Source: Trichosphaerium sp. ATCC 40318 (lineage: Eukaryota > Protista > Tubulinea). From it: a DNA stretch of 64,000 bases. Made by a program: the position numbers and the translations under genes. Location: contig JALMLS010000033.1 of the NCBI GenBank assembly GCA_038496445.1, positions 1-64,000 on the forward strand, in the 5' to 3' direction. This document shows positions 23,808 through 36,712 of this stretch, piece after piece (within the stretch, counting starts at the first letter, position 1; each line of letters begins with the position of its first letter). The notes under the pieces were generated by a model that saw only the letters and a program-made list of their open reading frames with translations, was not told the origin of the DNA and made no database searches.

Positions 23808-26800
23808 ATGTCTGTTGCAGGCGACACACCTCGCGGTATCATCCTTGCAAGCCCTGTTCTTCAGAAGAACGAACGCATCAAAACTAAAGTGTTCAGACAA
23901 GTACCTGATGCCAACTTGTATGTAGCCACAGAGATTGCAAAATTAATACGCTCTGATAAAAAAACCGTTGTTCTCGGTCTCGCTACCGGTTCTACGCCAG
24001 TTGGTACAAAAATTGGCCAAGTTGACTTTGAGACTTTAACGTAACGGATACTCCTAGGTGTATACAAGGAGTTGATTCGCATGCATAAAGAAGTACGCAA
24101 TTCGTTTTTTCCATAAAAACTTAGTATGTTCAGGAAGGCTTGTCTTTTAAAAAGGTGGTGACGTTTAACTTGGACGAATACTATCCGATTAAGAAAGACG
24201 CGTTTCAAAGCTACAACAGATTTATGCGGTAAGCTTGCAAAAGCGTTAATACCACTATCAAACGCCTAACGCGACTAGGGAACGGTTGTTCAATCACATT
24301 GATATACTACCGGAGAACATTAACATTCCAGACGGTGAATTACCGCTAGACGTACGCTAATCGTTAATTGCGAGCGTCAGCGCGCTAACATGTCCTCAAA
24401 CAACTTTTGTTTAACCCGATTTTCAGGAAGTTCGCGAATACTGTCAAAACTATGAAAAGAAGATTGCTGCTTGCGGTGGTATCGATTTACAACTACTAGG
24501 CATCGGTAGAACTGGACACATCGGTAGGTTTTAATTCACAACTTTCTTAGTTTTTATTGCGCCATTGTATGTTTACCAAGGCGTTTAGGGTTTAACGAGC
24601 CAGGATCTAGCAAGAAGTCTGTAACGAGATTACTATACTTAGACAAAAAGACGAGAACTGACGCTGCAAGCAGTTTTTTCAGCGTTCATGCCGTATGTCT
24701 TTATATTTTTTCTGTTTTTTTTCTTTCTACCGTGCACACATTATGCATGGTGCAAATTATTTTAAAATCATGCACACTGTTCATATGGCGTCCTTTTATT
24801 TGGTACCATTGTTCTAACTTATTGACTGTTTCTGCCTAGGTACCAAAACAAGCAATCACAATGGGTGTTGGTACTATCCTCTCTGCTAGAAAGATTTTCA
24901 TGCTCGCTTACGCGGAGCATAAAGGCATGTGATTCATATCTTCCGTGATTTGTCACGTGACTGCGCTTACTTTATTTAGCACATATTATAAAACGGGCAG
25001 TTGAAGGTGAGATTGATGAAAAAGTTGCTGCTACTTTTCTACAGGTTAGTCTCAACACAAAAACGCCACTTCCTCTTATAGTCACCGTGTAGGAGCATCC
25101 AAACTCTGAGTGTGTCATTGACATGGCCGCTGCTAATCAGATATCTCGCTCAAAGTGCCCTTGGACACTTGTAGGCAATGATACTGATTCGCACATCGAA
25201 TGGACAGACAAGTGCGTAATTATTAGCTCGGTTACTGTTTTCTAATGCTCCTACTTTAGACTCATCAGGAAAGCAGTTATATGGTTGTCTCTTAAGATCA
25301 AAAAACCAATTCTCAAATTAACAGAAGAGGATTACACTGCAGGTCACTTGACTGTACTTCTACGTGATACTCCAGTACACAAGTTGAACATTAGCGTATT
25401 TAAGCACTTGCAATCAACCATCACTGGTTGGTGCGTAAAAATCAATTGTGCTTGTGCAAATTATAACGCATTGTAGGCCAGGTGGTAAACCTACAGCATT
25501 GACAGCGTCAGGTGATATTAAAACTGCTCAAAATGCTGCTAATGTACGAAACATAAATTAAAACTCAATATTTTGTAGAATTATTACTAAAACAAAGCCC
25601 TAGGTAAGCGCTCATCTTGGTGGAACAACTACACGTCTTCCTCAGGATTATATCATAACTGACTACACTCACATAAGTGCTGCAGTCAACCCTTTTATTG
25701 ACAACTCCCTTTTTCCTAAAAAGGTATGTTGCATGTTTGTTAAGTTTTGCGTTGTTGTAATCATTAATGGAACCTATGAAGGTTTTGATTTTTTCACCTC
25801 ACCCTGATGATGACGTCATTTCAATGGGCGGTACTTTCATCCGCCTATGCGAGCAAGGTCACCAGGTATAGTCATTCGCACAATAGTTCTTGTTATTCAC
25901 TGTACTCACAGGTACATGTCGCATACCAAACTTCTGGATCTATTGCTGTTTGGGATGAGGATGTAAGACGTTTTGCAGACTTTGCTGCTCAATACGGTAA
26001 AATGTTTGGCATTGAAGCTGAGAAATTAGCAGAAAAGAAAGCTCGCATTGATGTACGTAAAAGTTTTTGAAACAAGATGATTTATGATGCCTTGTTTTCT
26101 TATATTGAGTTCCCGTAGGCTTGTATTAAATCTAAGAAACCTGGTGAACCTGATACAAAAGAAATCTTAGAGATCAAAGGCATTATACGTGCTACTGAAG
26201 CAAAGTAAGAGAGACTTGCAAACAGCTTTATTCTTTTCACCTTGTACTTATTTTTTTTCCTTTTCTTCTCATAGATCCGCTGCTCTCTATTGTGGTGCTG
26301 CACCTGAGAATATTCATTTCTTGAATATGCCATTTTACGAATCAGGAAAAGTCAAAAAGAATCCGCTTTCTGATAAAGATATTCAGATTATTAAAAACTT
26401 AATTGAAGAGATCAAGCCACAGCAAATCTATGCAGCAGGTGTATGTATAAGACTTACTTAACTTCTTTAACGTGAGAACTCACTCTCTTTTTGTAGGATT
26501 TGTCTGATCCTCACGGAACACATCGTCAGTGTCTTCTAGCAATATTAGATGCTTTGCAACTTGTCAAAACTCAAGATTGGTTCAAGAAGTGTCAAGTGTT
26601 CCTTTACAGAGGCGCATGGCAAGAGTGGTGCGTTACTAGTAATCTCAGCTTGTTATAATTAAATTGTATTGATAGGGAGCCTCATGATATTGAAATGGCT
26701 CTTCCATTGTCTCCAGTAGAATTAAGACAGAAGAGATTCGCCATTTTCAAGCATCAAAGTCAGAAAGATACGCCAGCGTTCCCTGGATCTGATCCGAGAG

Positions 26801-26988
26801 AGTTTTGGCAACGTAGTGAAGCGAGAAACAGGTACATTTGTTGACATTTTTTATTGAATTTTTTGTTGACAAGTGCCTTTAGAAACACTGCTAAGCTTTA
26901 CGATGCGTTGGGTCTACCTGAATACGAGGCAATTGAGTGTTTTGTTGAATACAATGTATTCAAGGACAACGAAGATATCCCATTGTAG
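23808..26988 (+). CDS. nagB: Glucosamine-6-phosphate deaminase fused to a PIG-L/LmbE-like deacetylase domain
   Basis: [37 protein letters not shown] and AITMGVGTI, followed by [43 protein letters not shown] and REFWQR. About 18 introns; stop TAG at 26986-26988. Confidence 0.93.
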
Positions 26989-27219
26989 GTTCAATCGCGA
27001 ACACAATAGTTTTTAAGGCAATAAAAGGGCTTTCTTCATGCTTCTCGTTAAAAAGTGTCATAGCGTACCTCTGCTTCTCTTTATTTATTGTATGTGTTTG
27101 TTTTACGCGAAATGGACAGGTGTCAACATTGTAGAACTGCAGTAGTTTGTGCTTTTATTTGAAATTGTTGGTAAAAAAGTGACCAAAAAACAAAAACATC
27201 AATTACTGAACGAGAAAGC

Positions 27220-30200
27220 ATGTTGAGCTGGATATCTCGTATTGTGGGATATAACACACCTACTACTATAATAGAATGTGCCAAAGAGGGGTATATGGCT
27301 GGTTTGGAGAATTTTGAAGGAGATGTAGACGAATTACGCGGTCCTGACGGGTGTACTGCGTTAATGGTTGCTTGTCAGTGCGTTAACAATTTTCTATGTT
27401 GAAGGGCGTCTAAAAAATTATTTAAATGCGCCACCGCTCTGTAAATAAACTAACATTGTCGTAGACATGGTCAAATAGAATTTGCACAAAAACTGCTTAC
27501 AATGGGTGCTGATCTCGATGCCCGTAGCGGCCAAAAATTCACACCATTGCACGTTGCGGTATACAGCCAGTACGCTAAAAAAGATAGTATCACTTTTTTT
27601 AATAACGCTTTGAATAGAGCCGAAAACGTACTCATAATGTCGCTTTTGAAGCGCGGTGCAGCATTAGAAGCTTGCGACCAAAATGACTTTACACCTTTAC
27701 ACATGGTACGTCATTGTTCTTGAAACGGTATTCAACGTGTTCCTAGGCTTGTACAGAGAATTGCCTCAGACTTGTAAAGCTTCTTATCGAAGAAGGCGCT
27801 GACATCAACGCACAGAGTACGATTAACACGTTAAACTCTACAATTTCAGTGAAACAATCGATCTAAAGCGAGACTTCTTCCTACGGGACTAACTTTATTT
27901 TTTTTTAGCTAACATGGGTTTTACGCCGCTTATTGTAGCATCTTGTAATGGATTTTTGGACATTGTAGATTACTTGATTGAGAAAAAAGCTGACGGAAAG
28001 TTACGAACTTTCAAAGGCTTGGAAACTGCTGCTATCTTCTCAGTACGGTATGCTAGACCCACCAACTTAATATAGTACTAAGGAACTAATATCTTCATTA
28101 GATCTAAACAGACGGAAATCACAAAGCGGTTATTAAAGGCGTACCCTGAAATGTTGGATCTTGCTACAGTACGTCTTTTTTTTTTCTTATTTACGCGTTC
28201 TGTTTTATACGTCTCACATCTTAGTTATGATTTTAAAGAAACTGATTTTTACTAATAGGTATCCGGTGGAAATTGCCTACACTTTGCTGCTCAGTTATCA
28301 GATATTGGTGCGTCATCGAATCCATAAAACTTGTCTGTTTCAAGGTTTTTTTTCGTGGTTTTAACCGTCTTTTTGTAGAAATGGTTGATTACTTATGCTC
28401 TCTGGGTGCTGATATCAACTCTCAAAAGAAAAACGGTGGAACTGTATTGCATATTGCTTGTGAGATGAATAAGGTTGATATGATCACACAACTATTAGAG
28501 AGAGGTGCTAAAATTGAAGCAACATCCGCTTTTGGAACAACAGGTACAAAACACTTATTCCTTTCTTATTTTATTCTTACCATTTTGTTTTACATAGCTT
28601 TACATCATGCTTGTAATAAAAAACGTTATGAGGTTTTGAAAGCACTACTAGAGATTGGTAAAGCATCTGTAGTATGTCAAGATAAAGATGGCCTCACACC
28701 TCTACATGCATTGTGTTCATCTCCAGTACGCTCTTTTTCTATTTTAAACCCAACATCTTAGCTCTTAATGCTATTCATTCGAATTGCACCTTTGGGTTCT
28801 TTTTAACGATAAAGACATGCTCTTTTTTTGCGCATTTGATTAGTACTAATCTAGATCTTCTGTAGAAAGCAGAACACGAAGTCTCTATAAAAATGGCTGA
28901 ACTTCTTTTGAAGAGTGGTGCTGATCCTAATGCTGGTGATAACTCTTCAGCTACTCCATTACATCATGCTGTTTCTAGAAAATATCATTTGGAACTTGTC
29001 AGATTTTTACTTGAGGTACTTAAACATTCTAACATAAACTGTTACCCTCCATTCGTACAACAAAAAACTAAGCTTCAACCGTGCATTTTGCGAAACTTTT
29101 TTTTGCTAGTTTCTTGACTTTCTATTTCATCTTTGATGAATTGTATACCTCTTTATTTGATTATTTACTTATCTATTCAATAGAATAAAGCAAATCCTAC
29201 ACAAGCAGATGACTACGGATGGACACCATTACATTTAACGATGAATATGTACAATCATCCACCAATGGTTGAACTTCTTAAAGAGTATTGTGATAAGAAC
29301 TATCCTGAGTTTATGAAGACATTTGATCCTAAATTAAAGCGTAAAGAACTTGCAGGTAAAGATTATACTTCCAATGAGATGGTTGTTAAAGAAGCAAACG
29401 TCTTTTTCAACAGAAATAAATAGATTACTTTTTTTGAGAAAAAAATAAGAAGCTCCAGTGTTTTTCTTGACCATTTTTTTATTTGGCTGTACTTTGACTT
29501 ACGCAGTCTTAGACAAGTCTGCGTATGCACACCATGAACTATCAAAAGATGAGCGTGATGCTGTACTTGGTGATGTTTCATTAGAAGGCATCGCTGAGAA
29601 GATAAAGACAGGAAAGATAAAAAATGTGATTGTTCTAACAGGTGCTGGTATTTCAACGAATGCTGGTATCCCTGATTTTAGATCACCTGATAAGGGCATG
29701 TATACAACCGATATTGTTCAAAAAATGGCCAAGGTTGGCGGTAAAGTATCATTCTCAGTAGCGAATCTTGTTGCAAATCCAGAAGACTATTACGCAGTTG
29801 TAAGAGCTTTGTTCATGCCTGTTGTCCGTGGAGATATTAAGTACGTTTTTGAGTATATCAATGGTCTTCTTTCAATGTGTCTAAAGTTATTTGTAGGCCA
29901 ACTGCTGCACATCACTTCATAAAGCTTCTGAACGACAAAGGCGTTTTGGTTAGAAACTATACACAAAACATCGATAATTTAGAAGGCGTTGCAAATATTC
30001 CTGCTGATAAAATGGTTGAAGCTCATGGTTCTTTCCGTGGTGCGAGATGCGTAGCTTGTGGTAAACATTCCTCTGATATGGATGCATTTTGGGCAACAGT
30101 TGAGAAAGAGGTGAGAAGCTTACAGCCTTGCCTTTTTTATATTTGAAGATTTCTTACATTTTTAATCCAGGCTGTACCACACTGTGTTCATTGTGGTGGA

Positions 30201-30729
30201 ATAATGAGACCAAATGTTGTTGCATTCGGAGAATCTCTACCAGCTCGATTCCATGATGTTCAGGCTGTACGTACTTAAAAATATTTGATAATTTTTTTTT
30301 GAAGTCTTGTAAGCACGTGAAGCGTGTTTCATTCAAAAAGCCTATTATCATAACTTATCGTTTTATAGGCTGACTTTGAGGATTGTGATTTGATAATAGT
30401 ACTTGGTACTTCTCTTACTGTATACCCTTTTGCTGCTCTTGCCAATACATGCTCTCTAAAGACACCAAGATTGGTACGCCTCTCTAGAATTGTTATCAAC
30501 CACAATACTCACGCTGATGTAGCTCTTCAATCGTGAGGCTGTTGGACCTTTCGCAAAGAGTGTTTGGTTTGGTAAGAAAGATGATGATTGTGTTAAACTA
30601 GAGAATAAAAATGAGGATAAAGAGTGCTATAGAGATGTAGCATTTATTGGAGATATTGATGGCGGTGTAAAGCACTTTTCAAGTTTACTTGGATGGCAGG
30701 ATGATCTAAAAGCGCTTTGTGAAAACTAG
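27220..30729 (+). CDS. Ankyrin-repeat / class I sirtuin (SIR2) fusion protein
   Basis: Multiple TPLH/TALM ankyrin units. The phase-1 intron 29356-29506 joins KELA to VLDKSAY...[19 protein letters not shown], followed by [15 protein letters not shown], Zn cysteines CVAC/CVHC and [10 protein letters not shown]. Stop TAG at 30727-30729. Confidence 0.85.
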
Positions 30730-32123
30730 AAAACCTCTCATGAATCAAGGATAATAGATCTATCAGTATACTATCACTATTGTTAAATAATAAAAAAACC
30801 CGACGAGGGACTTCCTAGAAAATGGTTACAACTCTTTAGCTCGAAAATACCTTCATGATTTAATGAACGTTTAGTTCACCCCACGTGTTCGAAATACCTT
30901 TCGTAATTGTTTCTTGCACTTACAGGAAAGTACTGTCCTTCATGAAATGGGCCTTGTGTAGTGATCATAACAAACACTTTATTAAGTAAAACGACAGGTC
31001 TTTCATGTTCTGGGAAGCTCGCTTGTATAAGAATGTGATCATGTAATACTATGCGTAGCATGTATTTCACTAAAAAGATCGGACCAAATAACACCGTTCA
31101 TCTGGTTGCAACAGCTAAAGCAAATGTGTAAAGCCTTTGAACTCAAATTGTTGATGATTTGCTTCCGTATGCTTGTGTATCTGAGATTTATTTGAAAAAT
31201 GGCAAGTTAGCTTCAGCGCAAGCTGCTCTTTAGCTCACCCAACTTGGTTATGTGATAAAACCATTCTAATGTGTCAACTGATAAGCTACAACGCGGGTTG
31301 GGTGTGCACTACTTTCGCGAATTGATTAGAGCCACGATTGACTAAAAAATGTGCTGTTTTCTGCAAAAATGTTGTACAAAAGGCCTCCTAAAGAACAGAT
31401 TTCGAGAAATACTGCAAACCCTTCAACACATGCAAATAGTGAGATTACGCGACACTTGCCAAATTAAAAAAGTCACGTGTTTTCTAAGATACAGTTAACC
31501 ATACTAATGTTTACCAGGGCTTGTACAACACTTGATAGCATGATACCTGCACTTGCTACAACTGAAGTAAATAGCCTTTTGAAAACAATAATTACGTATT
31601 CTCAACAAGTATGGCATTGACACGAGCTACCTTTAACTATAAATGATGTTTTTTATGTCCGAACGCTAAGGGATTTACCTCTTTCTACTCTACTTTTTAT
31701 GCAACTGTCAAGAGTTTGACTTACTTTCAACAAGATGTTTATAAAGGTTTGAATGTAAAGAGTTTTCTGCACTAAGTAGTTGGTGCGAAAAAAAAAAAGA
31801 GAATCTCACTGTACTAAAGCCTTGGTGGGTCTTCATGATAGGTCTACATAATTGAAGGCATATAACAAAAGCGGGTGCCAAGGCGCTTAAACGGGACAAT
31901 TGTTTGTTTGTATCAGGCTTTTTTAGATGATTGTTCGGATAGGAAAGCCTTAGAGAAATATGAATCTTTATAAATGTTCATACTTCCCAAATCTCTAAGG
32001 GTACATGCTTAACTATAAAATAAAGGGTCAGAAATTTCGCAGTTTTTGTCACGTGCCGGACAAAATAGTTTACCCGTCGTATGTGTCGGAGAAATTAGAG
32101 CTGCATTCACCGGTAATAATTAA

Positions 32124-32980
32124 ATGGCATCTACTAAGACAACCACTCACAAGTTCTTCCATGATGTTAACTTCTGGAACAACAGAGCTGGGACAATGTC
32201 AAAAAAGACTATCGCCAATATTTTCTTGCGAGACGGTTTATTGAAAATTATAAAGGCAATGCCTCAGCCAAAGCAAGGAGAAGTAGTTTTAGATATAGGC
32301 TGTGGCGACGGGAATGGTCTGATTGTACTCGAAGAGATATATGGAGACAGTGGCGCTTCCTTTCATGGTGTCGATATAGCGCCTAAAATGATTGCTTGGT
32401 GTGAAGGCTTAAAACTTCCAAATGTAACAAAACTTGAGGTACTACAATCACTAGATTATGCAGTCGCTAACATAGATACAAGGTCCAAGATGCATGTAAG
32501 ATGGATAAATTAAAGTCAAACGCATATCATCACGTGATAAGCACTTTTTGTTTGGAATTTGTTACGGATCACGTGAGCGCATTCAAAGAACTTTTTAGAG
32601 TGATGAAGAAAGGGTCAAAAGCGTATGTTTTAGCATGGTCAGGGAACACTCCATTTGCACCTGTTCAAGAAATTGCAAAGAAGATTGCACCTGAAAACCC
32701 TAGGTCATCAATGGGATATAATAAACCTATCCTAAGCAACAAGGAATACTTCAAAGATGTTGTAACAAAAGCAGGTTTTCCCAATTTTACTATTGACGAA
32801 GTGGATGTTGAATATCAAGGAACATTCGATGCTTGGTATACTCTTATTGAACCAGAAATTGTGAAGCATCTTACTTTGGAGAACGTGGAAGGGTTAAAGA
32901 AAGTGGCTAGAGATACCATAAACGAACTATTTGGTATTGATATGGAAAGTTTACTCAAAAGTGTCCGTGTTGGATACTGA
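32124..32980 (+). CDS. Class I SAM-dependent methyltransferase (two exons)
   Basis: VLDIGCGDG, GVDIAPKMI and AFKELFRVMKKG motifs; one short intron at ~32440-32482 joins the two ORFs. Confidence 0.88.
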
Positions 32981-33321
32981 TGGCTAATAAAAACTAGAGA
33001 TTGCCAGTAGTGCTAAAGTACTTTTCAATGAGTGTCAGGTTTTTCGTCCTTTAAGATTAAAAGTACCATGCAAATATGCTATGTTGTTTACTTGACTTAG
33101 AGACTGAAAGTTTCAAGCGTTGTTTGAGCACAGTACTTTTTATCCCCGTTTTTTTCAGGTTTTAATCAAGCATTTTTTGTGTGGATAAGATCTTTATTTA
33201 TATTAGTTGTTCCGTACAAATACCAGATTTTAAAGCAATTGGTACTTGTTACCAGTTGTAAATAGGTTTCATTTAGAATATCAACAACAGTCTGTACAAG
33301 TTATTGGATCTACATTGCCAA

Positions 33322-36300
33322 CTAGCAGACTGAACATTGACATTCATTACCAAACAAGGTACATCCAAGGTAATTATTTGGTCCCACAGTCTGTAATCTA
33401 TCCGTACATCCATTGTCAATGCAAACATTCCCTCTGAGGGTAGGTTGTACAGTACAAAGACCATCAAGGTCAGGGGAAGTACATGAACATTCTGTTACTC
33501 TTACCGCTATTTAAAAGGATTAGAATAGGTTTCAATACTACTAGAGTTGTTTGTTTACCTCCAAATGTCGAAGGAAAGTAGTCATATCTCCTGCATTCCA
33601 AATCTGAACCCACTCGATCACTATTTGCAACACAGCCATTGTCAACACAATTGTCAGTTGTTGGATCATAGTAGCAACATCCACCGCTCTATTAAAACAT
33701 GTAAGCGAAAACATATGAATACACTATCAAGTACGTGAGGTGCAGTTGGTGGAGCTGTTGGTGATATTGTAGGTACAAGTGTAGGTGCGTTTGTTGGAGC
33801 AGCTGTGGTAGGAGAAGCCGTTGTTGGAGTGATTGTGGTTGGGGAAGCTGTTGTTGGAGGTATTGTAGATGGCAAGTTTGTTGGAGATTCAGTAGGTGTA
33901 GTGGTTGGCGTAACTCCATCTAGATAATCGTAAGAACGGTGACGAAAGAAGTATTTACAAACAATAGAAGTACTAAACAACGTACTACAATCACAACAAC
34001 AAGCACATTTGACTGTCACTTCAAAGAATTCATTTTTTTGACAGCAATTGAGATCCAACGCTATTCTATCAATAATCTGACATTCGCCAACCTCATGAAC
34101 AGGAAGTCCCATACCACTACATGTTCTAAACAAATAAATTAGCTTTATAACATCTTGAGTGAATAAATAAGACGTACTGGTTGCATTGTTGTGTTGCAAT
34201 AAAGCTGGCATCACTGAAGGCAACATTTACATCACAATCAGTAGATGTTCCAGTACCGAGGGTTGGTACAAAACAAGGTTCAGGTGTTGGTGCCATTGTT
34301 GGTGCCAACGTTGTAGGAGCCGTAGTAGTTGGCGGTATTGTTGTTGGTGCTAGCGTAGTAGGTGGCAAGGTGGTTGGAGGTAATGTTGTAGGTGCTACAG
34401 GTACTGTAGGTGCGAACGTCGGGGGCACAGGAGCGCACGAGCATCCTTCCCAAACTACTTGAAGTCCATAGTGGCTACCAGCATTTTCTGTTAAAACTCG
34501 AAGATTGTTAGGTCCTGTTACAAGTCCATTTGCCCTTGTAAGTTGAAACAATGGTATGTTTGCAACATCATATTCATCAAACTGAACGCAAGACATATTA
34601 AAAGGTTGTCCGTTAATACTAGCACCGTTGTAGTAATTATCAACCCAGCAACGTCCTTTTAATACTGGATTCACACATTCTATTAACTTGTTAACATAAA
34701 GTTCAATCACGTGATATTAGCGTACCTTCAGGAATATCAAAGTCGGTTGTAAATTCAACTGTTGCGTATATTGGCCTACCATATCCTCTGATCCATGTAC
34801 CCTACTAGCGGAGTGAGCTAAGGTTAAAAGAAGTAGAATGAGTACTGGAGGTAGAGCGAAGTTTACTGTTGATGGTTGAGCCCAGTTTCCTATTACTACA
34901 GCAGTATATGCCAAGCAACATGTGTTTGGTATAAATAGCGGATCTCCCCAACAGTTCCTGAAACCTGTATGACTACCACCACATATTTGCCAGTGTGATT
35001 CCGGGCTCGATGTTACGAATTGATTATAGAGTCGTGCTGATGCAGGAATATTATTGAAAGCATCATCAACACCTTGTAAGAAGAATAAGAAGTAGTAGCT
35101 AAAATGTTGTTGCCAAGTTTGTACCTGTAGGATACAGTCCAAGAGAATCTAAGCATTGTTGTACTGGCTCATATGGCGGTGTTGGTGATAGAGTCGTTGG
35201 TGGACTTGTTGGTGCTTGAGTTGTTGGTGTTAAACTACCGAACAGTTGACTACATGTTTGATTGGTACTGAATCTCCATCCCAAAGCTACACACAGAGTG
35301 TAAGAAAGATTACAACAAAAATCACACAAAACGTACTGTACAAGATAGATATTTCTTCAACAGTCCATGATCGTCTGAGTTGTTGTGGTGATATACCAGG
35401 ACGCATGACAGCATCAAGATGAACCAATGGATCCAAATGACCCATGCTCGTGCCGTGAGCAAAAACAGATGGTGTAAAGATGACAGGAAGTGTCTCTCCG
35501 ACTCTTGGACAATCAGTTGTATCCACAGAATCGAACACAATTTGACCCAAACCTCCACTACATAGAACGTTGAAATTAGTGTTGAGCTGACTTTGTAGGT
35601 AAGAGTTTTATGTACGTTGGAGCTCCGGATGCTACCATGAATGCTCCAGTGGCATCTAATAGTGGAGTGTTTGTAGAAGCGACTTTGAGGTGTCTATCAA
35701 ATAGAGAACGGCACAGCTAAATGTTACGAGTCAGCTACAATTGAATACTGCTAACACAATGTACAGGGTTTGGTGTAACGCTTCCACCTGTAGGATCAAT
35801 GTAACTAATAAATCCAAGACCATGAGTCAGCTCATGTAGCATGACAGAGTAGAAATCAAATTGATTGGTAGGAGGAGCACCAGCACCGTAATGGTAGGCT
35901 AAGAAAAATAAGTGTGAATGTGATCACATACTTTCTTTTCACTTTTTTGTGATAAAATGTCAAAACATAGACACGTACTTTGTCCAAAGTTAACTTGAAC
36001 GCGGATATGAGGGTCTCTACCAAAAGTAGGGTTTGTTCCAGTCAAATAAGCTTGTATTGGATAAGGTGTTTGAAATCCAGCAGCCAGAGTAAACAACGGT
36101 CCCGCTTTTGCAAGTAGAGGTGATAACGTGTTTAATGACTGTTGTACTTCAATGTGGATCTGCACTATAAAATCAAATGTTAACGAAAACGACAGTTTTA
36201 CAACAAAAGGGTAATGGTTCTGCTACTTTTCAAACCAAAAAAGTACCTGATGGAACTCCTGTTGGTAAGGCAAACGTGTTACCAACATCCAACAATACCG

Positions 36301-36712
36301 ATTCAAGGACCTGACGTCTTGTAGCGCCATCTGTAGGGTTGTTGAATCCTGTACCGACATCAAGATAATCTATCTCCCACGAGACACTTGAAGTTGTAAC
36401 CTAGACAGAAAGAAATTACAAAAAAGTTGATGACGATATCAGAGGTAAAGGTGAATACAAGGTAACTTGCTTTAAACAATCAAAATACGTACAATCTGGA
36501 TCTGTTCAATGTTTCTTTTGGTTTCCGAGGGTGTTACCTCAACGCAGTCATAAGTTGTGCACCATACAACCCGTGGTTTTTCCTTTTATTGTAGATAAGT
36601 ATCATCGGGTTTAACCCAAATGAAGATACTGTACCTGCTCTTCGTTGTTATTGGCATCAACGCCTGAAAGGTATAAAACCAGCAGTATTATGATTAGAAG
36701 CGATTTGCTCAT
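33322..36712 (-). CDS. Secreted zinc-metalloprotease-like protein with Pro/Thr mucin linkers and Cys-rich modules, copy A
   Basis: Signal peptide MSKSLLIIILLVLYLSGVDA; DFYSVMLHELTHGLGF (HExxH); GTSMGHLD...AVMRP; PTT repeats; Cys-rich C-terminus ending NECQCSVC*. Confidence 0.8.

Noticed and set aside
30800-31950. Possible transposon relic between the sirtuin and methyltransferase genes
   Set aside because: I found no TIRs, TSD or recognisable protein motif.
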